Of a stretch of DNA of 64,000 bases, positions 51,071 to 60,361 are shown piece after piece. This DNA is from an uncultured Bacteroidota bacterium. GTDB lineage: Bacteria > Bacteroidota > Rhodothermia > Rhodothermales > UBA10348. Each line of letters starts with the position of its first letter. Within the stretch, counting starts at the first letter, position 1. The notes under the pieces were generated by a model, which ran no database searches, was not told the DNA's origin, and saw nothing but the letters and a program-made list of their open reading frames with translations. The DNA is taken from contig CALFHN010000144.1 in NCBI GenBank assembly GCA_937876355.1, forward strand, positions 55,506 to 119,505. Direction: 5' to 3'. The position numbers and the translations under genes were made by a program.

Positions 51071-51541
51071 ATGCCGTCTTTCTTTCGAACATTTTTACTC
51101 GGAATAGGAGTATTCCTGCTTCAGTGGCTCATTTTAGGCCGCTTGACGCTTTGGGGTGCATTTCCTGATGCTGTCCTCTTATTTGTAGCATGGCTTGGAG
51201 TTCGAAAGGGACGACAATGGGGTGCCCTTGGAGGGTTCTTTTTTGGCCTTCTCCTTGACATCGTGTATGACACATGGGGAATGCACATGCTGGTTAAAAC
51301 CCTGATTGGTTTTCTTATGGGGCTCTTTCCGACTTCAGAGAGGGAAGGTTTACTTATTCTTCCGCGCCAGGCCCTACTTGGCGGATTGGTTATCGCCTTG
51401 GTTCACAACGGCATCTTGGTCACCATGCTTGCGCTCCAAGCCGGTGCACGAAATGCCTTTTTGGTCACTGGCCTCTGGATCGGGTCCGCCTTATATACTG
51501 CATTTTTAGGCACGTTCGCTTCGATGCTCTCGTCTAGATAG
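51071..51541 (+). CDS. MreD-like rod-shape membrane protein. It stands alone, with no mreBC nearby.
   Basis: Five transmembrane helices with the MreD-like core FPDAVLLFVAW…GLLLDIVYD. Confidence 0.45.
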   Translation: MPSFFRTFLLGIGVFLLQWLILGRLTLWGAFPDAVLLFVAWLGVRKGRQWGALGGFFFGLLLDIVYDTWGMHMLVKTLIGFLMGLFPTSEREGLLILPRQALLGGLVIALVHNGILVTMLALQAGARNAFLVTGLWIGSALYTAFLGTFASMLSSR

Positions 51542-51714
51542 CCCACCTCGTATGAATTGGATGTGGAACACATCTCAAAAGGGCCATTCTCATTTGCTTG
51601 AGCGTTAGGCCTTGCCGTATTTTAAAATTCTGGCCTGAAAACTGAAGTGTCCTTCACGATCAGGTAGCGAAATCCGACCACGGGGATTGTTTCCCAATTG
51701 GACTTTGGCAAAAT

Positions 51715-51787
51715 GGGGCTATAGCTCAGCTGGTAGAGCGCTTGGATGGCATTCAAGAGGTCAACGGTTCGAACCCGTTTAGCTCCA
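51715..51787 (+). tRNA. tRNA-Ala, anticodon GGC.
   Basis: A manual cloverleaf fold works: acceptor GGGGCTA/TAGCTCC with the G3:U70 Ala identity pair, D-arm GCTC/GAGC, anticodon loop carrying GGC, and a T-arm AACGG-TTCGAAC-CCGTT. CCA is not encoded. Confidence 0.9.
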
Positions 51788-51794
51788 CACCTTA

Positions 51795-51840
51795 AAAAGC
51801 CTTGTACTCACTTATTTATAGCGATTGCAGGGCTTTTTAT
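51795..51840 (+). terminator. Putative terminator after the tRNA-Ala.
   Basis: Stem AAGCCTTG / CAGGGCTT with a long loop, then a TTTTTAT tract. Confidence 0.35.
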
Positions 51841-51902
51841 ATATTCAAAGTAGTACGTGATACGAACTATTTAGGTTAGTTTTGGCATGTTTGGGGTGCA
51901 GG

Positions 51903-52736
51903 TCAGTGCGAACTCTTTGGAATATCTCGGACGACCATGGTAACCTCCCAATCTGTGTTACCTCCAGTTTGAATGGTCTGGCCGATCGGATTTTCATCTC
52001 CGAAGTATTTTTTGGCAATCGTTTCTGTTATAACTACAGTGTGGGGCCGATTAAGGGCTCCTTTAGCCGTTCCTAAAACCGGGTCCAAAGTGAAGACGTT
52101 AAAAACGGTCGAATCAGCGTAATAAAAGCCGGTTTCTTCGAACGTCACATTTCCCCTCTTTACGGCGACTTGGGCATACATTCCAATGGGATAAATGCGC
52201 GTCCAATCTTGGATTTCCAGGAAATTTCTGGCAAATACAGGCCCAACCACAGTGGGTGTCACCGTTTGACTTTCGCCATACAAAACTCTAACAATACGAT
52301 CTGCATGTTCGTTGTGGCGATCGAAACTAATCTCATCCAGTATGAAAAGTCCAATTAAGAGCACGCAAGCCAATCCTGCTGCAAGACCAAACACATTTAT
52401 AAACGTGTAGCCTTTATTTCGCCAAAGATTTCTTACGGCGATCCGTACGTAGTTGAAAAACATATTCCACTCCAGAGTTAGTTCAGCTATGACGCCTTTA
52501 TTTGAAAACACCTTGTCCCAGTACACTTTTCGGTATTCGGATTCTAAACCGACTATATCACCGATCTGTTTTATCGCGGTCCTATAACCCTCCTCTTCAC
52601 TCATGCCATCGGCCACCTTATCGCGAACGACATCCCGAATGTGCCGCTCCAACTCTTCAATATCATCCTTTCGAAAAGAACGGATTAGCTCAAGCAACCT
52701 TTTCCACGTTGAAATAGCAGTTTCTAGATTAAACAT
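51903..52736 (-). pseudogene. N-terminal 277-aa fragment of a 'permease-prefix' FtsX/MacB-type ABC permease. The gene is truncated.
   Basis: The prefix domain, first transmembrane helix and the start of the periplasmic domain are present, and then the frame stops 116 bp before the tRNA-Ala. Both FtsX transmembrane bundles are missing. Confidence 0.6.
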
Positions 52737-53074
52737 TATCCGATTGCCAGTTCAGGCCCCCACAATTTGATCAAAATGGAGTGGACACTTAGCCATTCTG
52801 ATTTATCCGATTCTAGGACACTCCGTCCTTTGGCCGTGATGCGATAGTACTTTCGACGTGGTCCGGCTTCAGACGGCCGCCAGATTGCAGAAATGAACCC
52901 CTTCGTTTCTAATCGATGCATCAGGGGGTATAACGTGCCGGCGGTCCAGACCAGCTTACCATCGGAAAGATCTAATGCTCGCTGCATGATGTCGTAGCCA
53001 TATGCTTCGCCTCTGGATAAAATGGTTAACACAATGGGTTGCAGAGAAGCCGCAATGAGCTGTTTTGAAAACAT
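52736..53074 (-). CDS. PadR-family transcriptional regulator.
   Basis: Winged helix-turn-helix (GYDIMQRALDLSDGKLVWTAGTLYPLMHRLETKGFI). Its stop overlaps the permease start, which is the typical pairing. Confidence 0.8.
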   Translation of the reverse strand: MFSKQLIAASLQPIVLTILSRGEAYGYDIMQRALDLSDGKLVWTAGTLYPLMHRLETKGFISAIWRPSEAGPRRKYYRITAKGRSVLESDKSEWLSVHSILIKLWGPELAIG

Positions 53075-53128
53075 GATCAGATTGGGATGGTTGATTGCGA
53101 AGAAAAGGAATAGATCCGGAGGGCAATA

Positions 53129-53196
53129 TTGTTTTCGAAGCCAGGTCGTACTAGAGGCTAGGTTGTTTTCGAAGCCAGGTCGTTCTTGAGGCTATG
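53129..53196. repeat. Tandem direct repeat of about 34 bp, two copies (TTGTTTTCGAAGCCAGGTCGT…GAGGCTA).
   Basis: Read directly from the sequence; it lies in the divergent padR / pentapeptide promoter region. Confidence 0.7.
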
Positions 53197-53359
53197 TCGT
53201 ACCGCGATATAGTGGTGTTTGTTACGCCACTTTTTGCGTTCCCTCGTCTTTTTTTACAATATTATATGCGGGAAAGCAGTGTTCACTAGATCTCTTGTAA
53301 CTCAGCTTGGAAAATGGTTCTTTTCTGTGTAACTCTCGGTTCACACTTTTCGGCGTCTA

Positions 53360-53902
53360 ATGGCCAACCTTGAACACGTAACTAAATTGGAAGAAGGCGT
53401 AGATGCCTGGAATAGTTGGCGTTTGAAAAATCCAACCATCGTTCCCGATTTGAATGGAGTAGATTTAACCGGTCGCTTTCTTCAAGAGGTCAACTTTTCC
53501 GGGGTCAATCTATCGAATGCCTTTTTGACCGTAACAGAATTGGAAAAAGCCAATTTGGATGATGCGGACCTGAAGGGTGCCAATCTCACGGGAGCCGATT
53601 TGAACGAAATATCGGCGGAGAGGACAGATTTTACAGACGCAGATCTGAGTTATGCCTCATTGACTTTTGCAAAATTGGATCATGCCATTTTTGTCCGCGC
53701 GCGCCTATCCGAGGCCATTTTGTTTAACGCAACCGCTCGTCATGCCGTTTTTGAAGAAGCCCACTTGCGTGAAACCATATTGACCGGTTCTGATTTCAGC
53801 GGGGCGAAATTTACCAATGCCGTGCTTCAAGACACGATAACAGAAGGTGCGATTTTACCCATTGGAATGCCCATTCCAACTAGGTTAAAACGTCCTGAGT
53901 AA
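53360..53902 (+). CDS. Pentapeptide-repeat protein.
   Basis: Consecutive A(D/N)Lxx pentapeptide repeats. Confidence 0.8.
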   Translation: MANLEHVTKLEEGVDAWNSWRLKNPTIVPDLNGVDLTGRFLQEVNFSGVNLSNAFLTVTELEKANLDDADLKGANLTGADLNEISAERTDFTDADLSYASLTFAKLDHAIFVRARLSEAILFNATARHAVFEEAHLRETILTGSDFSGAKFTNAVLQDTITEGAILPIGMPIPTRLKRPE

Positions 53903-53935
53903 GCCCGGGTTGGGCACAGGACCAGGGTGATGTGA

Positions 53936-56185
53936 TTACGAGCCAAACGTGTAGGTGTACTTCAACAAGACCGTGCGGTTACTCGAAATAGGTAGTTCTA
54001 GAACGTCCCGTTGCCGATTCGTGTTTAAATTTTCCGTATAGACCAGCCACAAATCATTTCCTTCAGCAAAATTATATCGGAACCGCACATTTGAAGCTAC
54101 AAGGTTGGCCGCCGCATTGTATTGAATAAATGTATTGATGGACACTTTGGTGTTAAATCCGACTTGAGCTCGCAAACCTATCAATTGAATATTTGCCTTT
54201 TGGTCCCGATCGGGGAACTCTAAACGCGTGAAACTTAAACTACCAGCTAGCTCCAGGTATTTGTTCATGTTCCAAGTCGGATTGTAACTTAGCTGAGCGC
54301 GCCAGCCATCATAAAATGTACCAACAGTGGTGGATACTCGGCCCCGGAATAAGCTTCCCCCAGCTATGCTATAGCTGCTTTGCCATTCGACAAATGAATA
54401 TCGGCCAGCTGGAACAGTTAACTCTTTAGGAAAAGAAAGTGCTTCCGTTAAATCCTCTACCATGACATTCAAACTAGTTCGGGCGCTCGCGCTCGACTTA
54501 AAGGCAAAATCCCAACTTCCACCGGCCCGTACCGATTCAATGCTTCCGTCGTCGTTTCGTAGGTACACATTGCTATAAACGGAACCGTCGTGTTTTCGAA
54601 GAGCTGCTTTTTCTCGGGATAACCACCCGTATTGGAAATCAATATTCAAATTGGTGTAATTCGTCCGAGTGACATAACCTGATCCAGGCGTGTAGTCCGC
54701 CCCCGCGAATGTGACTCCAGACTTATACGAGAGACCGATGTCGTTTCGTCGTTCATATTCCGCTGAAAAAAGGCCCGTTTGAAAAACATTAAATCCAATC
54801 GAGTCCAATAACCCTTGGTCGAAAGTCTGCGCCCATTTGGTTTCTAAATAATCGTCTGTTCCAACTTTGAATGATCCGTCGAGACCGTAAGCAAAATTAT
54901 AGGAACCATCGCCGCCCAATCGAGAGGTAAACATTCCGCCCGCAAACGACTGATCATTGACGACTTGGCGCCGCATCCGAACAACACCAAAATTTTCAGA
55001 TGGCGAATCTCCAGAAGATTCCGTTTGCATGTCAATAATCCCAATATCCCACGCTCCAACTCTACCAACCATTCTGGCGCCGCCCAATATGCGCACGGTT
55101 TCTCCATCATTGATACCAATATTACGACTGTGGAATAATCGGTCGCGACGCCCGGTTGAAAAATCGAATAGGCTGCTTCGCTCTTGAAAAAATTGCCTCT
55201 TTTCAGGGAAAAACAGCGAAAACCTAGAAAGGTTTACTTGCTGATCGTCGGCTTCGACTTGTGCAAAATCCGTGTTAAATGTGGCGTCTACTGTCAAATT
55301 ATTCGTAATGGCATATTTCAAGTCCAGCCCTACTTGTTTTGAAAATTCAGAGCTAGACTGATAGGCCGTTTCGCCATCATTCAATTGATTTAGACCGGTT
55401 CTACCGCCGGTAACATACGGAGTGAAATAAACTGGCTTTTGATTCTTAACTCCCTCTAGCTCAATGGTTTGCCCCTGCGAAGGCTTTGCAAACCCCATGG
55501 ACCAATTGGCTTGAACGGCTGGAAAAACTTGTCGCTCTCCTTTTCGAGCTATATATCGGTACGATATCATTCCCATTTCAACGATATCGTCTTTTACAAT
55601 AAAACCTAGGCTCGAATACGGAATGCGAAATTCAGCAAACCACCCCTCTTCGGTTTGCACCGTTTCAACATCCCAATAGGTATTCCATGAATCGTTGATT
55701 GCGCCGCCACCAAAACTGCTGCCGCCACCGCCAAATCCGTTCGCATCGCTCGAAACACTCAAATCAAATCGAACTCCAGTAGGAGACGTATAGAACCATA
55801 AGGCATTTTCATTGTCGTTGTACGTGTCTAGGACAATCGCAAAGGTGTCATCTCCGGAATACCGATCTCGATACAAGGTGTTGGCTCGAATTTCAGATGG
55901 TTCTGAATCATACATACGACCGGACACATACAGATACGAGTCGTCGTATGCGACGCGTACTTCTGTTCGCTCCGTCATTTCACCACTGAAAATGGGCGTA
56001 TACATCGTCATCTGAAGTGGAGTAATCGCTTCCCAGGCCGGCTCATTACTTAATCCATCCAGTTCAATCGGACCGCTTAGCCGCTGTAATTTCATCGTAT
56101 CCTGAGCATAAAGGTGGCTTGGGATAAGCAAAAACAAACCAACTATTGCAATCAGACGATATATCTTTAAAACAAACGTATTCAA
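53936..56185 (-). CDS. Large secreted or outer-membrane protein with a CBM9-like N-terminus (DUF5916-like).
   Basis: Signal peptide, the GPIELDGLSNEPAW motif, and an aromatic-rich beta C-terminus. Confidence 0.5.
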   Translation of the reverse strand: MNTFVLKIYRLIAIVGLFLLIPSHLYAQDTMKLQRLSGPIELDGLSNEPAWEAITPLQMTMYTPIFSGEMTERTEVRVAYDDSYLYVSGRMYDSEPSEIRANTLYRDRYSGDDTFAIVLDTYNDNENALWFYTSPTGVRFDLSVSSDANGFGGGGSSFGGGAINDSWNTYWDVETVQTEEGWFAEFRIPYSSLGFIVKDDIVEMGMISYRYIARKGERQVFPAVQANWSMGFAKPSQGQTIELEGVKNQKPVYFTPYVTGGRTGLNQLNDGETAYQSSSEFSKQVGLDLKYAITNNLTVDATFNTDFAQVEADDQQVNLSRFSLFFPEKRQFFQERSSLFDFSTGRRDRLFHSRNIGINDGETVRILGGARMVGRVGAWDIGIIDMQTESSGDSPSENFGVVRMRRQVVNDQSFAGGMFTSRLGGDGSYNFAYGLDGSFKVGTDDYLETKWAQTFDQGLLDSIGFNVFQTGLFSAEYERRNDIGLSYKSGVTFAGADYTPGSGYVTRTNYTNLNIDFQYGWLSREKAALRKHDGSVYSNVYLRNDDGSIESVRAGGSWDFAFKSSASARTSLNVMVEDLTEALSFPKELTVPAGRYSFVEWQSSYSIAGGSLFRGRVSTTVGTFYDGWRAQLSYNPTWNMNKYLELAGSLSFTRLEFPDRDQKANIQLIGLRAQVGFNTKVSINTFIQYNAAANLVASNVRFRYNFAEGNDLWLVYTENLNTNRQRDVLELPISSNRTVLLKYTYTFGS

Positions 56186-56208
56186 CGAAAAACCTATTTA
56201 TTTGAGAA

Positions 56209-57414
56209 TCAATACATCGGAACGGAAGAATCTACCTGCTGCGACCAAGCGATTATTCCTCCTTCTAAATTATAAACCCGATCAATTCCTTGACTCTGTA
56301 GCCATTGAACCGCCATGGCGGATCGGGCCCCAGACCTGCACATGACCACTACGTCTTTACCTTCAAAAGAAGTTATCTCAGGTAAGCGTTCGGCCAGTTC
56401 TTCCATAGGGATGAGCGTGCCACCGATATCTGCTATACTCAATTCATGCGGTTGACGAACATCAAGAAGCATGAATTCCTCTTCTGACCCCTTCATTCGC
56501 TGTAAATCATGGACTGTAATAGAGGGGACCTGGGGGCCATATAACATAGAATCAGATCGGTTTGGGTTTGCGTTTGGGTTTGGATTTGGAAAATCACCAC
56601 TTTCGGCTTCAATAGGGCTAGATCCCTGGCAGAACACCTCGTAGTCAATAAGTCCATTGACACTTGGACGCTCACCACAGATCACACATTCCGGATCTCT
56701 CTTGATAACAAGATTTTTAAAAGTCATTGTCAACGCATCTACAAGGAGTAGTCGACCAACTAAGGACTCTCCCATTCCGATAATATACTTTATCGCTTCG
56801 GCCGCCTGAAGGGTACCAACCACTCCTGGTAAAACACCTAGAACGCCGCCTTCCGCACAAGATGGAACAGTTCCGGGTGGTGGTGGCTCCGGAAAAATGC
56901 ATCGATAACAAGGTCCATCCGGTGCGCCAAAAACCGATACCTGACCATCAAATCTGTAGATTGAAGCGTACACATTTGGGGTCTTCGATAGGACACTAGC
57001 ATCATTTACTAAATATCGCGTTGCGAAATTATCGGTGCCATCCAACACAAGGTCGTACTCTTCAAGTATTCCGAGTGCGTTTTCGGATGTCAAACGACCG
57101 TGATGCAGCCGAACCTGTACCAAAGGATTTAAATCAAGCAGGTGCCCTTTGGCCGCATCCAGTTTCAATTTTCCGACATCGCTAGAACCATAGAGGATTT
57201 GCCGGTGAAGGTTGGTCTCATCAACCGTATCAAAATCAACTATTCCAACGGTCCCGACGCCGGCGGCAACCAGATATATGAGGGCAGGTGAACCTAATCC
57301 ACCGGCACCGACCACCAAAACCTTTGCTTGTTTTAAGCGATTTTGTCCCTTTTCACCCAATTGGGGAAGCATGAGATGGCGACTATATCTTGTTCTTTCC
57401 TCTGGAGACAGCAC
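56209..57414 (-). CDS. moeB: MoeB/ThiF-family adenylyltransferase fused to a C-terminal rhodanese domain (MoeZ-like).
   Basis: Nucleotide-binding motif GAGGLGS, zinc motif CxxC…CxxC, a rhodanese motif (CRSGARS), and a (PN)n linker between the two domains. Confidence 0.85.
   Translation of the reverse strand: MLSPEERTRYSRHLMLPQLGEKGQNRLKQAKVLVVGAGGLGSPALIYLVAAGVGTVGIVDFDTVDETNLHRQILYGSSDVGKLKLDAAKGHLLDLNPLVQVRLHHGRLTSENALGILEEYDLVLDGTDNFATRYLVNDASVLSKTPNVYASIYRFDGQVSVFGAPDGPCYRCIFPEPPPPGTVPSCAEGGVLGVLPGVVGTLQAAEAIKYIIGMGESLVGRLLLVDALTMTFKNLVIKRDPECVICGERPSVNGLIDYEVFCQGSSPIEAESGDFPNPNPNANPNRSDSMLYGPQVPSITVHDLQRMKGSEEEFMLLDVRQPHELSIADIGGTLIPMEELAERLPEITSFEGKDVVVMCRSGARSAMAVQWLQSQGIDRVYNLEGGIIAWSQQVDSSVPMY
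56560..56589. repeat. Imperfect hexanucleotide microsatellite (GTTTGG)n of about five units. It encodes the PNPNPNANPN linker in MoeB–rhodanese.
   Basis: Read directly from the sequence. Confidence 0.7.
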
Positions 57415-57523
57415 TGTTGTTAGAAGATCGTTTGGTGAATGACGGGGATTTTACGATAATGCCAGAGAAACAGAATGAATGCCGTTCTACGACCCGACTC
57501 ATAATTGGTCCCGCTAAGAGCCC

Positions 57524-58690
57524 ATGATGAACTCTGCCTACATATTTGGCTTTCTGAGTGCCATAATTGTGGTCACGGAATTATTGGTGCGCAAAACAGT
57601 CTTCAGGCACTTAGGAACCGCAGTCCTGGTGATCCTGATTACTGCACTTTTTGCAAATTTAGGCTTACTTCCAACTGGCACATCAGATACTGGAGGTGTC
57701 CCGGCTTACAATATCATTTTTTCAACCATTGCCCCACTGGCCATTTTTTGGCTGCTTTTACCGGTCAATCTAAAGGATGTGTTGAGGGCGGGCAAACAGA
57801 TGATCTCACTATTCCTGTTCGGTAGCCTAGCGACGGCCGTTGGCGTATTCATTGGCATGTGGGTGATAGACGGTCACGAAACGATCGGCCCTCAATTCAG
57901 GTCGCTAGGCGGCATGTTCGTAGGCACGTATTCGGGCGGGAGTGTTAATTTCAACGCCCTTGGTTTGCACTATGATATGATGAAAGACGGCGTACTCTAT
58001 GGAGGAGCGATTGTAGTCGACAATATTGTAACCACGGTCTGGATGATTGCGACACTCGCGGTTCCCCGAGCCCTCGCAGCCTACTGGCCTCGAAAGCCCG
58101 GTCGCGAAATCGCTGACTATATGGGCGACGTAACGACGGGCGAAAAAGAGGATACTGAAACAATTCACCCTATAGATCTGGGCCTCATTTTGGCGCTTGG
58201 TTTCGGCTCCGTTTGGCTTTCAGGTCGATTAGCGGGCGTGTTTCCTTCTATTCCATCTACCCTGTTTTTGACCGGTATTGCCTTGGTTTTAGCTCAATTT
58301 CCGGGTATTTCAAAGCTACCTGGGCTCAGAGTGTTGGGTATGTTCGCCGTCTATTTATTCTTATGCGTCATCGGCGCATATTGCGATATTGGAGCTCTCG
58401 GGGAATTGGGAAGCCTGGGTACAAGTCTTCTTATTTTTACTTCTGTCACCGTCGTCGTGCACGGCATTTTGGTATATGGCGCGGCCTTCCTGTTTAAAAT
58501 TAATCCGGTCGTCGCCTCGGTCGCTTCTCAAGCAAATATCGGAGGTGGAACATCTGCTTTGGCGCTCGCGAGAAGTCTGGGCCGGGAAGATTTGGTTTTA
58601 CCGGCCATTTTGATTGGTTCGCTTGGTTATGCTGTGGGGACCTTTCTTGGATTCTGGGTAGCTGAAAGTTGGTTACCGCTTATTGGTTGA
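57524..58690 (+). CDS. DUF819-family polytopic membrane protein.
   Basis: 388 aa with about ten transmembrane helices. Confidence 0.6.
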   Translation: MMNSAYIFGFLSAIIVVTELLVRKTVFRHLGTAVLVILITALFANLGLLPTGTSDTGGVPAYNIIFSTIAPLAIFWLLLPVNLKDVLRAGKQMISLFLFGSLATAVGVFIGMWVIDGHETIGPQFRSLGGMFVGTYSGGSVNFNALGLHYDMMKDGVLYGGAIVVDNIVTTVWMIATLAVPRALAAYWPRKPGREIADYMGDVTTGEKEDTETIHPIDLGLILALGFGSVWLSGRLAGVFPSIPSTLFLTGIALVLAQFPGISKLPGLRVLGMFAVYLFLCVIGAYCDIGALGELGSLGTSLLIFTSVTVVVHGILVYGAAFLFKINPVVASVASQANIGGGTSALALARSLGREDLVLPAILIGSLGYAVGTFLGFWVAESWLPLIG

Positions 58691-59549
58691 GACCAAAATA
58701 GTCCACGAGTAAGGCAGGAGCATCGACCTTGTCGCGTGGCCAGACATGTTGGCCGCCGACGATTTCATAAAGCCGTACATCAGCATTTCCTGGGCATCCC
58801 ATGACCCGGTGCAGATATGTTGTCGGTCCACTCGGCCGATAGGTCTGCGATTCGATGATCCCCGAGCAATCGTTTCGATTTTTCCACATCACCAGCGTTT
58901 CATAGGCGCCCTTCGTAGCAAATGACCCAGAAGGGATTCCGGCAAATGGTAACGAAGCATCGCTTGAGCCATTAACCATCATGATACTGACGCGTTCGGG
59001 CGGATAACACACCTGCGACAGTGGCTGAGAGATCATGGCTGCAACGGTTGAAAACGCTTTGTATGTCTCGCTTCGTTCGCAGGCTAGACGTTGAGCAAAC
59101 ATGCCCCCTTGCGAAAACCCCGTAACAAAAAGTCGATTTTTATCGATTGAATATTTCTCGTCCAATAATTCCAGTACTTTATCGGTGAATCCGACATCGT
59201 CTACCCCGTCGATATCTGGCCTATTACAATTACATCCTTCGGCCCAATTGCTTGTCGAAGCGGTAGGATACGCTACTATAAATCCGTATCTGTCTGCCTC
59301 CTTGTCAAGCCCAGCGCCACGTTGAAAAGTGCTTCCGGAGTCTCCCGACCCATGAAGCGCCAGTAGAACAGGAACAGGCGTTCCCGCGACATACCCCTCG
59401 GGAATATGGACGTCAACAAACCTGTTTTTGTCTTGATGCAAAAAGTTGAATCGCTCATCCATTCCGGATTCTTCAGAAGCGCAACCGATCCCAAGCGTGA
59501 GAGCGAACACGGCAATAAATTGGATGGTATAAAGAATCTTAAATTGCAT
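58680..59549 (-). CDS. Secreted alpha/beta-hydrolase esterase (PHB-depolymerase/LpqC-like).
   Basis: Signal peptide or lipobox and a GFSQGG nucleophile elbow. Confidence 0.7.
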   Translation of the reverse strand: MQFKILYTIQFIAVFALTLGIGCASEESGMDERFNFLHQDKNRFVDVHIPEGYVAGTPVPVLLALHGSGDSGSTFQRGAGLDKEADRYGFIVAYPTASTSNWAEGCNCNRPDIDGVDDVGFTDKVLELLDEKYSIDKNRLFVTGFSQGGMFAQRLACERSETYKAFSTVAAMISQPLSQVCYPPERVSIMMVNGSSDASLPFAGIPSGSFATKGAYETLVMWKNRNDCSGIIESQTYRPSGPTTYLHRVMGCPGNADVRLYEIVGGQHVWPRDKVDAPALLVDYFGLNQ

Positions 59550-59773
59550 AATTTGAAAATACGCACCTAAGTGAGGCTTGTCGAGGCATTGTTGAATACC
59601 TTAATGCCTTGAGATCAACTCGTGCTAAAAAAAGAAGTTAAAAGGTGTTAATAACTTGATTTATTTAATAAAAAACACACCGAAGCCTTATTTTTTAATG
59701 CGACATCTTTACGTCGTAAGAACTTTATATACCTTCCATCGTAGCAAAGAGACTATTCACTGAGGAATAAACT

Positions 59774-60340
59774 ATGGATTCCGCCTATCTAATTAGTCTC
59801 ATTGTAGGGGCCTTTTTTATACTGCTTTCCATTTTCGGAGTTGGTGAACATGACGATGTCGATGCTGGGGGTGATGTCGACCATGATTCGGAATGGGATT
59901 CCCAATTAGACTTTGGATCAGGAAATATCGGATTTGTCGACTTACTTAGCATCCGAGCCCTCTTTTTGTTCGCCGCTTTTTTTGGATTGACTGGAGTGTC
60001 ACTTTCGGCACTGGGAGGTTCAGAGCCAATCACGGGTGTTCTTGCAACCGGCACAGGTCTGTTGATTGGACTAGGTGGCAATTTTGTGATTAAGAAATTT
60101 GCTTACGAAGCGGTGTCTAGCCAAGTAACCCCAGCCGACTTAGAGGGCCGAACCGCGAAGGTATTGCTCCCATTCTCAGGCGATGAAAATGGAAAAATCC
60201 TTTTGAATGCCGGAGGAAAACGAATACAAATGACGGCGCGCTTGTTCGAAGGTGAATCGACTGACTCAGTAGGTGAGCATGAAGAAGTTGTCGTAGTTAG
60301 AATAAATGGCCGTATAGCTGAAGTGCTCAAGCCTGATTAA
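59774..60340 (+). CDS. NfeD-family membrane protein.
   Basis: N-terminal transmembrane helices and a C-terminal OB-fold, with an SPFH/flotillin gene immediately downstream. Confidence 0.6.
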   Translation: MDSAYLISLIVGAFFILLSIFGVGEHDDVDAGGDVDHDSEWDSQLDFGSGNIGFVDLLSIRALFLFAAFFGLTGVSLSALGGSEPITGVLATGTGLLIGLGGNFVIKKFAYEAVSSQVTPADLEGRTAKVLLPFSGDENGKILLNAGGKRIQMTARLFEGESTDSVGEHEEVVVVRINGRIAEVLKPD

Positions 60341-60361
60341 AATCAAACAACGGAGAACCCT

